Virus record (IMG/VR): IMGVR_UViG_3300047548_001122
Span: 1 to 64,000 of that record
DNA length: 64,000 bases
Strand: one strand, 5' to 3'
The notes under the pieces are model-generated. The model worked only from the letters and a program-made list of their open reading frames with translations. It was not told the DNA's origin and did no database searches. Each line of letters opens with the position of its first letter. Positions within the stretch are counted from its first letter, which is position 1. Shown here in pieces: positions 24,819 to 34,748 of this stretch. The position numbers and the translations under genes are program-made.

Positions 24819-25530
24819 AACTCTTTCTCGGTGCATTGAATCCGTCGATTCACAGACGCATCAGGATTTAGTTCATTATCTTTTTCTTGATGGTAGAGAA
24901 CATGAAAGTAAAATTTGGCATCAACTTGAAGGCGCATCAAAGATTAAAACGATCCGTCTTGAAGAAAATGTGGGTAAAGATTGGTACGGTCATCGTGTAT
25001 ATGCTGCATGTAGTTTTCTTGTCAATGCTGATGTTATATGTTACCTCGATGAAGATAATTGGATCGAACCTAATCATGTTGAGAAACTCGTTCAGGTACT
25101 TAATGAAGGGTATGACTGGGCTTATTCGTTAAGGAAAATCTATGATAAAGAAGGTAACTACCTTTGTGAAGATAATTGCGAATCGCTTGGAAAATGGCCT
25201 GTATATTTTAATGATGAAACATTTCATATTGATACCTCATCTTTTGCTGTTAGGCGTGATGTTGCTACTGCTATAGGACACGCATGGTATGGACAATGGG
25301 GTGCAGACCGACAATTTTTTTCATACTTAAAAAAAGTTTTCCCTCGTTTTAATTGTTCTAATGAATATTCGTTATGTTATAGATTGGATGGAAATCCAAA
25401 TTCTGTTACAAATGAGTTTTTTGAAAAAGGCAACAAAGTTACAGAAGAGAAATATGGCAAGGACTATCCTTGGTTGAAGAGAGAAAAAATATTACATGAA
25501 ATTGGACCAGGCATTAAAATCGTTGCGTGA
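24781..25530 (+). CDS. family 2 glycosyltransferase
   Basis: VVTPTIG, YLDEDN. Confidence 0.85.
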   Translation: MKVAVVTPTIGSETLSRCIESVDSQTHQDLVHYLFLDGREHESKIWHQLEGASKIKTIRLEENVGKDWYGHRVYAACSFLVNADVICYLDEDNWIEPNHVEKLVQVLNEGYDWAYSLRKIYDKEGNYLCEDNCESLGKWPVYFNDETFHIDTSSFAVRRDVATAIGHAWYGQWGADRQFFSYLKKVFPRFNCSNEYSLCYRLDGNPNSVTNEFFEKGNKVTEEKYGKDYPWLKREKILHEIGPGIKIVA

Positions 25531-26497
25531 TAAGGTGTTGAAAAGAAAGAAAAGAGCCTTGGTTACTGGAGGTTCTGGTTACCTTGGCTCTCATGTTTGT
25601 AAACTTCTAAAGAAACAAGGTTGGAGAGTTCACGTACTCGATATTAGGAAACCAGAACACAATTATTATGATTTCTTGCATATACAAGATATATGCGATT
25701 TTGATGAATTAAAAAGAATATTTTGGTTATACCCAGATTTTGATGTTGTATTTCATTTTGCTGGTAAAATAGAAGTGGGGGAATCTACACGAAAACCCAC
25801 TCACTATTTTAGAACAAACGTTGCTGGTACTTGTCTTTTGTTGTATATGATGAACCTGACTTCATGTAAGAATATCATATATTCATCTACGGCTGGACTT
25901 TACAAAACAAGTAATGAACAGTTAAAAGAGACTGATGAATTAAATCCCGATAATAATCCTTACGCTGGTAGTAAGTATGCTTCGGAAATAGCCATTCGTC
26001 AATCTGGATTGAACTATATTATTTTCCGTTACTTTAATTTGGCGGGAGCTGACGAAGAAGGTGACATAGGTGAAAATCATGACCCAGAAACTCATCTGAT
26101 TCCTAGAATTCTCCAAAATCTAAATAATGTTGAAATATATGGAAATGATTATGATACTAAAGATGGAACGTGTGTTCGTGATTACGTACATGTTTCCGAT
26201 GTAGCAGAAATACACTTAACTGCTGCAAACCACCTGATAGAGGAAAAAGAATCTTATATAATGAATCTAGGAACAGGAGTAGGTTATTCTGTTTCTGAGA
26301 TTATTGATACCGTAGAAAAAATTACGAATGAAAAAGTTACTAGAAAAAATCTTACTCGCCGATTGGGCGACCCACCAAAATTAATTTCAAATATCGAATT
26401 ATCTAAAAGAGTATTTGGATTTACACCTAAACACGATTTAACCTCCATAATAAAAACTGCATATAATTGGGAAAAAAATGGCCGCAAAACACCTTGA
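25496..26497 (+). CDS. galE: UDP-glucose 4-epimerase (start uncertain)
   Basis: TGGSGYLG, YAGSK, RYFNLAGA, PETHLIP, DGTCVRDYVHV. Confidence 0.92.
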   Translation: MKLDQALKSLRDKVLKRKKRALVTGGSGYLGSHVCKLLKKQGWRVHVLDIRKPEHNYYDFLHIQDICDFDELKRIFWLYPDFDVVFHFAGKIEVGESTRKPTHYFRTNVAGTCLLLYMMNLTSCKNIIYSSTAGLYKTSNEQLKETDELNPDNNPYAGSKYASEIAIRQSGLNYIIFRYFNLAGADEEGDIGENHDPETHLIPRILQNLNNVEIYGNDYDTKDGTCVRDYVHVSDVAEIHLTAANHLIEEKESYIMNLGTGVGYSVSEIIDTVEKITNEKVTRKNLTRRLGDPPKLISNIELSKRVFGFTPKHDLTSIIKTAYNWEKNGRKTP

Positions 26498-27047
26498 GAA
26501 TTTTCCACTACCGTATGATGATGAAATCTCCATACACCTTTTAAGAAATCATGTTCATTTCTTAAATGGAGATATCGATGAGAATAATACACTAGATGCA
26601 ATCAGATGGATCACTTATGAAAATCTTCTTCCTGGAGATTATGATTTGATAATGTACATAAATTCCGACGGTGGTAGTCTTGTTGATGCTTTTGCTTTGA
26701 TTGATATCATGCAAAAGTCTGAAAAACCAATAACGACAATAGGAATAGGTTCAGTTTGTTCGGCCGCTTTTTTAATATTCGCTGCAGGAACAAAAGGACA
26801 AAGATTGATATCCAAAACAGCTAGTATTATGAGTCATCAGTTTTCAGATGGTTATGTGGGAAAATACCATGATATCAAGGCATTAACCAAAGAAAATGAT
26901 TTGATGAATCTTAGGATGACAAATTTGTTGAAAGAATGTACAGGCCTAGATGGTCGGACAGTAAAGTCTAAATTTTTGCCGGCAACAGATTCTTGGTTTA
27001 CGGCAGAAGAAATTATTGATTTAGGTGTAGCAGATAAAATCTTTTAA
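26478..27047 (+). CDS. clpP: ClpP protease subunit
   Basis: YINSDGG, CSAA (Ser), MSHQ (His), DSWF (Asp). Confidence 0.88.
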   Translation: MAAKHLENFPLPYDDEISIHLLRNHVHFLNGDIDENNTLDAIRWITYENLLPGDYDLIMYINSDGGSLVDAFALIDIMQKSEKPITTIGIGSVCSAAFLIFAAGTKGQRLISKTASIMSHQFSDGYVGKYHDIKALTKENDLMNLRMTNLLKECTGLDGRTVKSKFLPATDSWFTAEEIIDLGVADKIF

Positions 27048-27065
27048 AGGGAGGAAAAATCTAAA

Positions 27066-27218
27066 ATGATTCACGGTGGTCAAAAATTTCAAAAAACAGA
27101 AAAAACAAAATTTAAGAGAACTCGTTCCGAAGAAGAAGTGAAACTTCAGAAAAAGAGGCATCATGATAAATCATTTTATCGTTTAGTGAAACAGGAGAAA
27201 GAAGATTATGTCGTATAG
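27066..27218 (+). CDS. 50-aa basic protein
   Basis: hand-translated MIHGGQKFQKTEK...; GGAGG upstream. Confidence 0.55.
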   Translation: MIHGGQKFQKTEKTKFKRTRSEEEVKLQKKRHHDKSFYRLVKQEKEDYVV

Positions 27219-27375
27219 AACATTATTACAGAGTCAGATAAAGGAATTGGAAGAGAAAATTGCTAAATTTGAGGGAGATAAATCCATTTTAATGGATCAA
27301 CTTCAAATGTTACGCAAAAATGAATTTGAAGAGGAAATGAGAGAAGAATCTGGTCAGCAGTTATTAAAAGGTTAA
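27208..27375 (+). CDS. 55-aa coiled-coil protein
   Basis: hand-translated MSYRTLLQSQIKELEEK...QQLLKG. Confidence 0.6.
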   Translation: MSYRTLLQSQIKELEEKIAKFEGDKSILMDQLQMLRKNEFEEEMREESGQQLLKG

Positions 27376-27432
27376 TATTAATAAAATAACAACGGGCTTG
27401 CCAAAATGCCGAATTTATGACATAATTCGGAC

Positions 27433-27849
27433 ATGTTTAAAATTCTACAAGAAACTACAGATTGGTCCGATTGCGATTATCAAGTTTGTAACCATACATA
27501 TTTGATAAGTCCGAAAGGAAAAGTTATCGCTTATGCAACTGAGCATACGGGCGATGTTATCAAATTGAAAAATGGTTGGAATTTTGATAAACGTTATCGA
27601 AAGTTTATCGAAGTTGTCAATCCTGCACTATCCGCACTAATACCAAAAGATTATCAAAAAGAAAAGTTGCAAAAACCGCAACTTGTCAAATCGTCAAATA
27701 TACGTAATTTCAAAGTGTTATCGAAAGGTAAACATTATTACGTTTCTTATAACATTTCAGGAAATTTCTATAATTGCAACTGTACGGGGTTCGGGTACCG
27801 TAGAACTTGTTCACATGTTAAGGCTGTTGCAGAAAAACAACAGGCTTGA
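27433..27849 (+). CDS. SWIM zinc-finger protein
   Basis: CNCTGFGYRRTCSHV. Confidence 0.8.
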   Translation: MFKILQETTDWSDCDYQVCNHTYLISPKGKVIAYATEHTGDVIKLKNGWNFDKRYRKFIEVVNPALSALIPKDYQKEKLQKPQLVKSSNIRNFKVLSKGKHYYVSYNISGNFYNCNCTGFGYRRTCSHVKAVAEKQQA

Positions 27850-27890
27850 CAATTCTGCCTAAACCTGTATAATATCCTTTGTTGAGTGAT
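27825..27890 (+). promoter_or_regulatory. early promoter cassette with palindrome
   Basis: TGTTGC-N6-ACAACA, TTGACA 27846, TATAAT 27868, TGTTGAGTGA. Confidence 0.8.
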
Positions 27891-27906
27891 TATTAAGGAA
27901 ATTGAA

Positions 27907-28206
27907 ATGTCTAAGCTTACTGAATACAGTCTCGAAATTTACAAATCCGACAAGCGTATCAAAAAAGATGAGCGCTACGGTAAAAATAAAGTAGGTCTCC
28001 GTTTTATAGAAGTCCTAGATTTTGCACCGGTTACAAAAGACTATATTAACGCTCTTGCTGAAGATAAGCGTAATGAAGGTTTTGTTGTTGAAATTTTTGA
28101 AACTTTTGTTACCCGTAAAAATCTGATTGGTGGCAAAGAATTTCAAGAGCGTTACGATACGCCTTATTATTGCAGTCCTTCTTCCGAATCTTATTGGAGT
28201 ATGTAA
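27907..28206 (+). CDS. hypothetical protein (ends TPYYCSPSSESYWSM)
   Basis: AAGGA SD. Confidence 0.75.
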   Translation: MSKLTEYSLEIYKSDKRIKKDERYGKNKVGLRFIEVLDFAPVTKDYINALAEDKRNEGFVVEIFETFVTRKNLIGGKEFQERYDTPYYCSPSSESYWSM

Positions 28207-28397
28207 TGGATAAAATTAATTCGTTTATAGTTGTTTCTGTATCGGATAATTTATCTAAAATGTCGTCTGCCGAATTGAAAATGGTAGCTGAACTTTTGGT
28301 CGATTCTAAAAACGCTTCTCGTCTATGTGATTATTTGGACTTTTATATTCAGGATAAAATGCTTTCCGAAATTGAGGTTCAGGATCCAGTTTACTAA
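28206..28397 (+). CDS. hypothetical protein
   Basis: TAATG coupling. Confidence 0.55.
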   Translation: MDKINSFIVVSVSDNLSKMSSAELKMVAELLVDSKNASRLCDYLDFYIQDKMLSEIEVQDPVY

Positions 28398-28750
28398 TGA
28401 TAATCTACACCTATCAAAAATCCAAGAAAAAAAAGAAGCTCACGGTTAAACAGCGCGAGCTCGAAGATTCTTGGAATAAAATAGTTAATAAACATGCAAA
28501 ACCAGTAGTTGTCAAAAAGAAAATTACTAAACCGACAACTATTGCAAAACTTGTAATACCTGAGGGACGTAATCCTTACGACCTTCCGTCCGTTGATACT
28601 GGAGGCGGTCTGACGAACTGGAATCGCAAGGACAAGGTGACCACGTACACCGGTACAGCCATGAAAGGGATTGGCACCCTCCACAAGTCCAACGCGGTTC
28701 CGGTGTTCACGGACGAAGAGGCCAAAGACCAAGCAAACATGCGAAGATGA
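28397..28750 (+). CDS. conserved T4-like hypothetical protein (GIGTLHKSNAVPVF)
   Basis: motif. Confidence 0.75.
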   Translation: MIIYTYQKSKKKKKLTVKQRELEDSWNKIVNKHAKPVVVKKKITKPTTIAKLVIPEGRNPYDLPSVDTGGGLTNWNRKDKVTTYTGTAMKGIGTLHKSNAVPVFTDEEAKDQANMRR

Positions 28751-28790
28751 TAACATTTTCAAAATTGCAACAAATTGTCAAAAAAGAAAC

Positions 28791-28856
28791 TGTTGTATTT
28801 TCACAACATGGTTGCCATTCCTGCCGGTTCGTGTATAATAGGTTCTGTTGAGTGAT
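28791..28856 (+). promoter_or_regulatory. early promoter cassette with palindrome
   Basis: TGTTGT-N6-ACAACA, TTGCCA 28812, TATAAT, TGTTGAGTGA. Confidence 0.8.
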
Positions 28857-28873
28857 TGATTGAGATACAAATT

Positions 28874-29623
28874 ATGAAACTACTTTCTACTGGCAATCCC
28901 AAAGTATTAAAAGGAATGAAACAAGGTTATAATACCTATATTCTTCATTTGGCACCTGCAAATGTTAGCGGTTATGAAACTTGCCCGAAGCGTACTGCTG
29001 GTTGCACCGCTGCTTGCCTTAACACCGCTGGTCGCGGCGGCATGTTTAAAAAAGGCGAATCTACTAACGTAATTCAAGAAGCTCGTAAACGTAAAACCCG
29101 ATTCTTTTTCGAAGAGCGTGCCGGCTTTATGGAGTGGCTTGTAAAAGATATCGAATTGGCGATTAAACAATCAATTAAGAAAAATCTAATTCCTGTTTTC
29201 CGTTTGAACGGTACTTCTGACCTTGCGTGGGAAAAATATGAGGTTGTTCGAAACGGTAAATTGTATCGAAATATTTTCAGTGCTTTTCCTGAAGTCCAAT
29301 TTTATGATTATACCAAGATTCTTGGTCGTAAAATTCAAAATATTGAAAATTATCATTTGACGTTTTCTGCTGCTGATGGTAATGATGCTGATGTAAGAAA
29401 AGCAATTGAACAAGGTTATAATGTTGCAACGGTGTTTGGTTTGAAAAAAACTGAACCGATGCCTAATGAATATATGGGTTTGCCAGTATTCAACGGTGAT
29501 GAATCTGATTTGCGATTCCTTGATCCTGAAGGTGTTGTGGTTGGCTTGTATGCAAAAGGTAAAGCCAAAAAAGACACTTCTGGTTTTGTGAAATATCCTA
29601 CTATTTTGATGAAAGCTGCTTAA
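28874..29623 (+). CDS. GP88-family protein
   Basis: CP....GC...CL, RLNGTSD, QFYDYTK, DLRFLD. Confidence 0.75.
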   Translation: MKLLSTGNPKVLKGMKQGYNTYILHLAPANVSGYETCPKRTAGCTAACLNTAGRGGMFKKGESTNVIQEARKRKTRFFFEERAGFMEWLVKDIELAIKQSIKKNLIPVFRLNGTSDLAWEKYEVVRNGKLYRNIFSAFPEVQFYDYTKILGRKIQNIENYHLTFSAADGNDADVRKAIEQGYNVATVFGLKKTEPMPNEYMGLPVFNGDESDLRFLDPEGVVVGLYAKGKAKKDTSGFVKYPTILMKAA

Positions 29624-29624
29624 T

Positions 29625-29849
29625 ATGAGTATCGTTCAAAAAATTCAAAATGAAATTATGATCGCTGAACTTTCGTTTAGTGAAATTGCAGAAAAGTTTA
29701 ATGTACCTTACGCTGATGTAAACTTGATTGCTGAAGAAATGATGGAACAAGATTCTTATAATGATTCCATGGACGGTGATTTTGATTCGGCCATGGCTTC
29801 TGCTGGGTATGGTACCGATGAGGATTATGGTTATTATGGAGATGAATAA
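29625..29849 (+). CDS. acidic hypothetical protein
   Basis: SMDGDFDSAMASAGYGTDEDYG. Confidence 0.7.
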   Translation: MSIVQKIQNEIMIAELSFSEIAEKFNVPYADVNLIAEEMMEQDSYNDSMDGDFDSAMASAGYGTDEDYGYYGDE

Positions 29850-29850
29850 T

Positions 29851-30087
29851 ATGCTTAACGAATGGCAAAAAATTAAAGAAACTTTCGATGTTCGGCATGG
29901 CGGACCGTTTGATCGTGGATCGGCCGATAGTTATTATAATCGTCCTCGAAACCCGCATTATTTCAAAGAAGGTACTCGGACATCCGAAGAGGTGAAGTTA
30001 GATCAAATGAGTTTTGATGAAATTTTCGCTTATAATGCAGGATATGATTACAATGAAAAGTATGGTGATAAGAAAGATTGGGGTTAA
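29851..30087 (+). CDS. hypothetical protein (RHGGPFDRGSADSYY)
   Basis: GGAG SD. Confidence 0.7.
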   Translation: MLNEWQKIKETFDVRHGGPFDRGSADSYYNRPRNPHYFKEGTRTSEEVKLDQMSFDEIFAYNAGYDYNEKYGDKKDWG

Positions 30088-30088
30088 T

Positions 30089-30253
30089 ATGGATAATTTT
30101 CTAATTTCGGTTGAGTATGAACCTGTATCAGAATCATACATGGCTTGTTATTCTAACGGTGCCAACATTCTTCTGGGTGCCAACACCTATCATGATGCGG
30201 TGCTCGAAGCTGATATGCTTGATGTTGAAAATTATGAAAGGGGATATAACTAA
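30089..30253 (+). CDS. hypothetical protein
   Basis: ORF filling operon gap. Confidence 0.55.
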   Translation: MDNFLISVEYEPVSESYMACYSNGANILLGANTYHDAVLEADMLDVENYERGYN

Positions 30254-30651
30254 TGGGTACTCGTTCACTTACATACGTTTACGATGGCGCCGAACCTGTT
30301 GTTTGCATGTATCGCCAATTTGATGGTTATCCCTCTGGACACGGTTCTGAACTGGCAGAATTTCTTTTTGACGGAAAACTGGTGAATGGTATTCCTTTTG
30401 GGTCGAAAGAAAAACTGTTTAATGGTATGGGTTGTTTGGCTGCACAAATGGTCGCAAAATTCAAACAAGAAGTCGGTGGATTTTATCTACTACCCACAAG
30501 AAAAGATCACGATTCATGGCAAGATTATGAATATCATGTATTTGAAGATAAAGTGATTGTTTATTCTGGTCGCGGTAAAGAAAACAATATAATTTTTAAT
30601 GGACCTTGGGCAGACTTTGCCGAATTCTGTTCCGAGGATTATGTTTCTTAA
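30253..30651 (+). CDS. conserved phage hypothetical protein (MGTRS...DGYP.GHG)
   Basis: motif. Confidence 0.8.
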   Translation: MGTRSLTYVYDGAEPVVCMYRQFDGYPSGHGSELAEFLFDGKLVNGIPFGSKEKLFNGMGCLAAQMVAKFKQEVGGFYLLPTRKDHDSWQDYEYHVFEDKVIVYSGRGKENNIIFNGPWADFAEFCSEDYVS

Positions 30652-30737
30652 TCGGCAAATAACCGTACCACGCTTGCCAAACATCGTAAAGTGTGGTATA
30701 CTATAGTCTCATTAAATGAAATAGGAGTAATTATATT

Positions 30738-31268
30738 ATGGCAAAAACTAAAACTACCAAAGCAGTTAAACTCAAACCTTTCGAGAAACTGCTGACCATT
30801 ATGGTCTCTGGCAATCCTGTTACAGTTGAAGAAATCGATGCTACACTAGGCAAAGAAATTCATATGTATCGCCTTTCTACCTATATTTGGCATATCAAAA
30901 CTTTCGCTAACGGTACTGTGAAAGCCATCAAAGATGGTCGTAAAGTGACTGCTTATCAAATCATCAATCCTAGCGAAGTGAAAAAATATATGAAGTCTGC
31001 TGGTGTACTTGATGCAAACTTTGTTCCCGGTCAAGCCAAGAAAGTAGTTCGTGGTGGTGTCAGTTCTACAACCACTAAGACTGTTGTTGCTAAGGCAAAA
31101 ACTGTAGCAAAAACTAAAACAAAAACCGTTACAAAACTTAAAGATTTGAACTCTACACCAGTTCAAAAACAAGTTGATGTTCCTGTTGTTGAAGAAATTA
31201 TGAGTGATGGTTTCGATCCTGAAGTGAACGATATCGTCAACGAAATTCGTGCAACAATTAACGACTAA
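30738..31268 (+). CDS. putative DNA-binding protein (HTH-like N-terminus, K/T-rich linker)
   Basis: AGGAG SD, own promoter at about 30674-30702. Confidence 0.7.
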   Translation: MAKTKTTKAVKLKPFEKLLTIMVSGNPVTVEEIDATLGKEIHMYRLSTYIWHIKTFANGTVKAIKDGRKVTAYQIINPSEVKKYMKSAGVLDANFVPGQAKKVVRGGVSSTTTKTVVAKAKTVAKTKTKTVTKLKDLNSTPVQKQVDVPVVEEIMSDGFDPEVNDIVNEIRATIND

Positions 31269-31339
31269 TCAAAAATGGGGGAGTGGCGACTTGCTTCGCC
31301 TATTCTTAAACAACAGCAGACTATCGGGAGATACTCATC

Positions 31340-32083
31340 GTGCCCCTACCTTTTCTTAAAAAAAGTATATTTTTGTTGATGTTGTATTCACCATTTTGTT
31401 TGGCGAATTACGTTAATGGATATGGTGAATTTTATTATGGTCCAGACACGGCTGATAATACGGCTTGTGAATATGCTTTTGACCGTGCAAAACAAAACGC
31501 TATACAAAACCATCTAGGTATAGAGATAGAATCATATACGCTTGAAAATTGCAGAACCGAGAATGATTGCGCTATCAATGTTGATACGTACATACAAATG
31601 TTCGGTAAAGTGAAACAAGTAGTGAAAAAAGATGTAAGGACTCAAGAAGAGTATGGAAGAAAAGTTTGCATCGCTGATATCACTGCTGTTGTTGAAAGAA
31701 TAGAGAATAAAACATCATTTTCAGTAAATGGTAAAACAAAGTATATTGAAAATGAAGAAATACAATTTTCATTTATTTCAAACACGATAGGTTTTGTTTC
31801 TGTATATAATTTTTATGATAATAAGTATATAAAAATATACGAAACTCAAATCAACAAACCAAATGATGAAATCGCAATTAAAAAACCGAAAGAAAGAATA
31901 TTCGCTTCTCTTCCTAAAAATCAATATCAATCAAATGAACTTCTAGTTTTCGTCTTTTCTAAAGAAAAACCTTTAAATAAAAAAACATATAGTGCGTTTG
32001 AATTTGCAAATATTTTGGCATCATTAGATTCGAATGTCAAAAGAACAATTTTTAGATTTATAACTATAGGTAAGAAACTGTGA
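31340..32083 (+). CDS. exported hypothetical protein (start uncertain)
   Basis: signal-like N-terminus. Confidence 0.65.
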   Translation: MPLPFLKKSIFLLMLYSPFCLANYVNGYGEFYYGPDTADNTACEYAFDRAKQNAIQNHLGIEIESYTLENCRTENDCAINVDTYIQMFGKVKQVVKKDVRTQEEYGRKVCIADITAVVERIENKTSFSVNGKTKYIENEEIQFSFISNTIGFVSVYNFYDNKYIKIYETQINKPNDEIAIKKPKERIFASLPKNQYQSNELLVFVFSKEKPLNKKTYSAFEFANILASLDSNVKRTIFRFITIGKKL

Positions 32084-32197
32084 AAATCTTGACTTTGTTT
32101 TTGTTTTGTGTTATGATCTTTCAAGGTTGCACAGCAATTGTTAAAGGTATCTCTTACATGGAAAGTATTTGTGAATCTTGTGATGCGAGAAAATAAA

Positions 32198-32785
32198 ATG
32201 AAAAAGTTAATTATTATACCTGCCATTGTTATGATGACAGCATGTAGTTCTACCAAATATCCAACAGGTACAGAATACAAAGCTCCTGAGTTTGGTGGCG
32301 GCAATCAACAATCTGAAGTGAAATATCCTGATTGGTATACAGAAAAACCTGATAAAGAAGATACTGCTCTGTATGCAGTAGCATCAGAATATTCTGGCAA
32401 TTTTCAGTTTGCTATTGATAAATCTATGCTCTCGGCTAAACGTGAACTAGCGTCACAGTTTTCGTCACATGTTGATGCTCTATTCAAAGATTATTTGACT
32501 GAAATTGGCGATGCTGACTCTTCTACTGTACAAGAGATTAATCGTACAACAAAAATGGTTGTTTCGAAAGTGAATCTAATTGGTGTACAGAGAACTAATT
32601 TCAAAGTGGTCCATGAGAAAGATGGTTATCGAGCTTTCGTAAAACTTAAATATAATGCCGATCAATCAAACAAACTTCTTGTGAGTGAGATTAAAAAGAA
32701 TCGTAAACTTGCAGCAAAGATGGAATCTTCCAGAGCATTTAAAGAATTGGAAGATACAATCGAAAAGATGGAAAATAAACCATGA
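32198..32785 (+). CDS. lipoprotein (LPP20-like)
   Basis: MKKLIIIPAIVMMTA-C lipobox, PDWY. Confidence 0.75.
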   Translation: MKKLIIIPAIVMMTACSSTKYPTGTEYKAPEFGGGNQQSEVKYPDWYTEKPDKEDTALYAVASEYSGNFQFAIDKSMLSAKRELASQFSSHVDALFKDYLTEIGDADSSTVQEINRTTKMVVSKVNLIGVQRTNFKVVHEKDGYRAFVKLKYNADQSNKLLVSEIKKNRKLAAKMESSRAFKELEDTIEKMENKP

Positions 32786-32960
32786 AGATATTTGATTATC
32801 TAAAACATAGTTCTATTACTGTTACCTTTATAATGAATCCTTTCCATTGGTATTTTGTTCCAACAGCATTTAAAACAGAAGATGTTTGGTCTGGCAATAG
32901 TTTTAACTTTAGATTTATCTTTCTTGCACTTTGTTTATCTATTGATGATGGGAGTTGGTA

Positions 32961-33209
32961 ATGACACAATTTGATTTGGAACAAGCTATCATGCGTCTTT
33001 GGGGTACGGACGAAGATATTCAAATGATCTATGAAAATGTAATGGAAAAAAATCCATCACAAGATGTACTTGCAAATGCTCTGTTGGGATTAAAAGTACT
33101 TACTCAAATGCGCGGCGAAAAGTGTTTTGAACTTTTTGAAACGTTTATCCGCGAATACTATGAACTGAAAAAACAAAATGAATATCTTTTATCTCAGCAA
33201 AAATCCTAA
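32961..33209 (+). CDS. hypothetical protein
   Basis: GGAG SD. Confidence 0.65.
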   Translation: MTQFDLEQAIMRLWGTDEDIQMIYENVMEKNPSQDVLANALLGLKVLTQMRGEKCFELFETFIREYYELKKQNEYLLSQQKS

Positions 33210-33738
33210 AGAGTGTGCAGAAATGCACCTCGATAAACATGTAGTGAAAATGATTATCGAGTATGCACAATTAATGTCAACTGCTCATCGATTGTTGGAT
33301 GGTCAAGAATATTTTGATCTTACTTCAAATGGTCGTAAGATTAAACGGTGGCGAGTGAATGATGATCGTGAAGGTCAATTGATGAAAGCTTCACACATCA
33401 ATCACCCTTCTGCCATTTGGACTCGAGCCTCAGATTTAAATTATATTTGGCTCTATAATATGTGGTGTCATCTTTTGGATGAGTACACCTATCGTTATGG
33501 TAAAATACATGCTTGTGCTAGATTAAAAGAAACTTTAAAATCTTTGCCAAAAAATATTTCCATTGGATATTTTACTGAACCTACGCCTGCGATGCCAGAC
33601 GAATGTAAGATTGCCGGTGATTCATTGTCCTCATATCATAAATATTACTTAGAAAAGAAAAATCATTTTGCTAAATGGACTAAGAGACAGCCTCCCATTT
33701 GGTATATCGACGCGATTGATAATAATGCCCACGTATAG
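33178..33738 (+). CDS. pyrimidine-dimer glycosylase/endonuclease V-like protein
   Basis: MNIFYL, DKHVVKMIIEYAQLMSTAH, HINHPSAIW. Confidence 0.8.
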   Translation: MNIFYLSKNPKECAEMHLDKHVVKMIIEYAQLMSTAHRLLDGQEYFDLTSNGRKIKRWRVNDDREGQLMKASHINHPSAIWTRASDLNYIWLYNMWCHLLDEYTYRYGKIHACARLKETLKSLPKNISIGYFTEPTPAMPDECKIAGDSLSSYHKYYLEKKNHFAKWTKRQPPIWYIDAIDNNAHV

Positions 33739-34027
33739 ATTTTTAAACACCGAAACCGGTGAAGAGTTTGATGATTTTCTAAGTATATCATCTAAAGAGG
33801 AACTTCTCAAAAAGAATCCTCACATTCAACAAGTATTAACCACCTTTGGTATTTCCAGTATGGTAGGTGATATTCATTCTAAAACTGATAATACTTGGAA
33901 AGAAGTGTTATCGAAAGTTGCTGAAGCCCATCCCAATAGTAAAGTTGGCCAACAACACGGAAGAAAATCAATTAAACAAGTTAAAACGGATCAAATTGTA
34001 CAAAAGTGGAAGAATAGAATAACTTAA
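33725..34027 (+). CDS. conserved T4-like hypothetical protein (MPTYRF)
   Basis: motif and synteny. Confidence 0.7.
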   Translation: MPTYRFLNTETGEEFDDFLSISSKEELLKKNPHIQQVLTTFGISSMVGDIHSKTDNTWKEVLSKVAEAHPNSKVGQQHGRKSIKQVKTDQIVQKWKNRIT

Positions 34028-34028
34028 T

Positions 34029-34748
34029 ATGGTATTTAATCATGTAAAACTTAGTGAATTGGAGTATCAATTAGAATCGGTCACAACCGAAACCGGTAGA
34101 GTATATAAAACTCCAGAAGGAAATTTGTATCCCTCCATCACTACCGTTTTATCTTTTTCTTCAGACAAATCATTTCTCGAACAATGGAGAAAACGTATAG
34201 GTGAAGCTGAAGCAAATAGAATAACGAAAAAGTCATCTGACCGTGGAACTAAGTTACATGATGTTTGTGAGAAATATCTTCTAAACGAACTTAATGATTT
34301 TAAGATTCGTATGATGATGCCTGATATAAAGGACTTCTTCTTACAGTTAAAACCATTTATCGATAAACATGTTGGAGATGTTTATGGATTGGAATTACCA
34401 CTTTACAGTGATTCATTAAAACTGGCTGGTAGAACGGACTGTATCGCCGAGTGGGACGGTGAGTTATCGGTAATTGATTATAAAAACTCAATAAAAGAAA
34501 AGAACGAAGAATGGATTACAGGTTATTTCCTACAGTGTTCGGCATATGCCGTCATGTTTGAAGAAAGAACTGGTAGAGAAATTAAAAAAATTGTGGTGGC
34601 AATAGCAAATGAAGAAGGTAAACCTCAGATTTTTATCAAACAAAAAGATAAATATCTAGAAGAACTCCAATCTTATATCGAAAGGTTCTGGAAAAATGAA
34701 GAAAATTCTAACGCTATTGCTGTTATTGCCGGTAATAGCCTTTTGTAA
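34029..34748 (+). CDS. PD-(D/E)XK (Cas4-like) exonuclease
   Basis: YPSITTVL, RGTKLH, AGRTD, IDYK, Q..AY. Confidence 0.88.
   Translation: MVFNHVKLSELEYQLESVTTETGRVYKTPEGNLYPSITTVLSFSSDKSFLEQWRKRIGEAEANRITKKSSDRGTKLHDVCEKYLLNELNDFKIRMMMPDIKDFFLQLKPFIDKHVGDVYGLELPLYSDSLKLAGRTDCIAEWDGELSVIDYKNSIKEKNEEWITGYFLQCSAYAVMFEERTGREIKKIVVAIANEEGKPQIFIKQKDKYLEELQSYIERFWKNEENSNAIAVIAGNSLL

Noticed and set aside
27066-27218. GGQ motif suggesting a release factor or ArfB
   Set aside because: Only 50 aa with GGQ at residues 4-6; no room for the domain fold.
34029-34748. Cas4-like gene as sign of CRISPR
   Set aside because: No repeat-spacer array or other cas genes; this is the common T4-like exonuclease.
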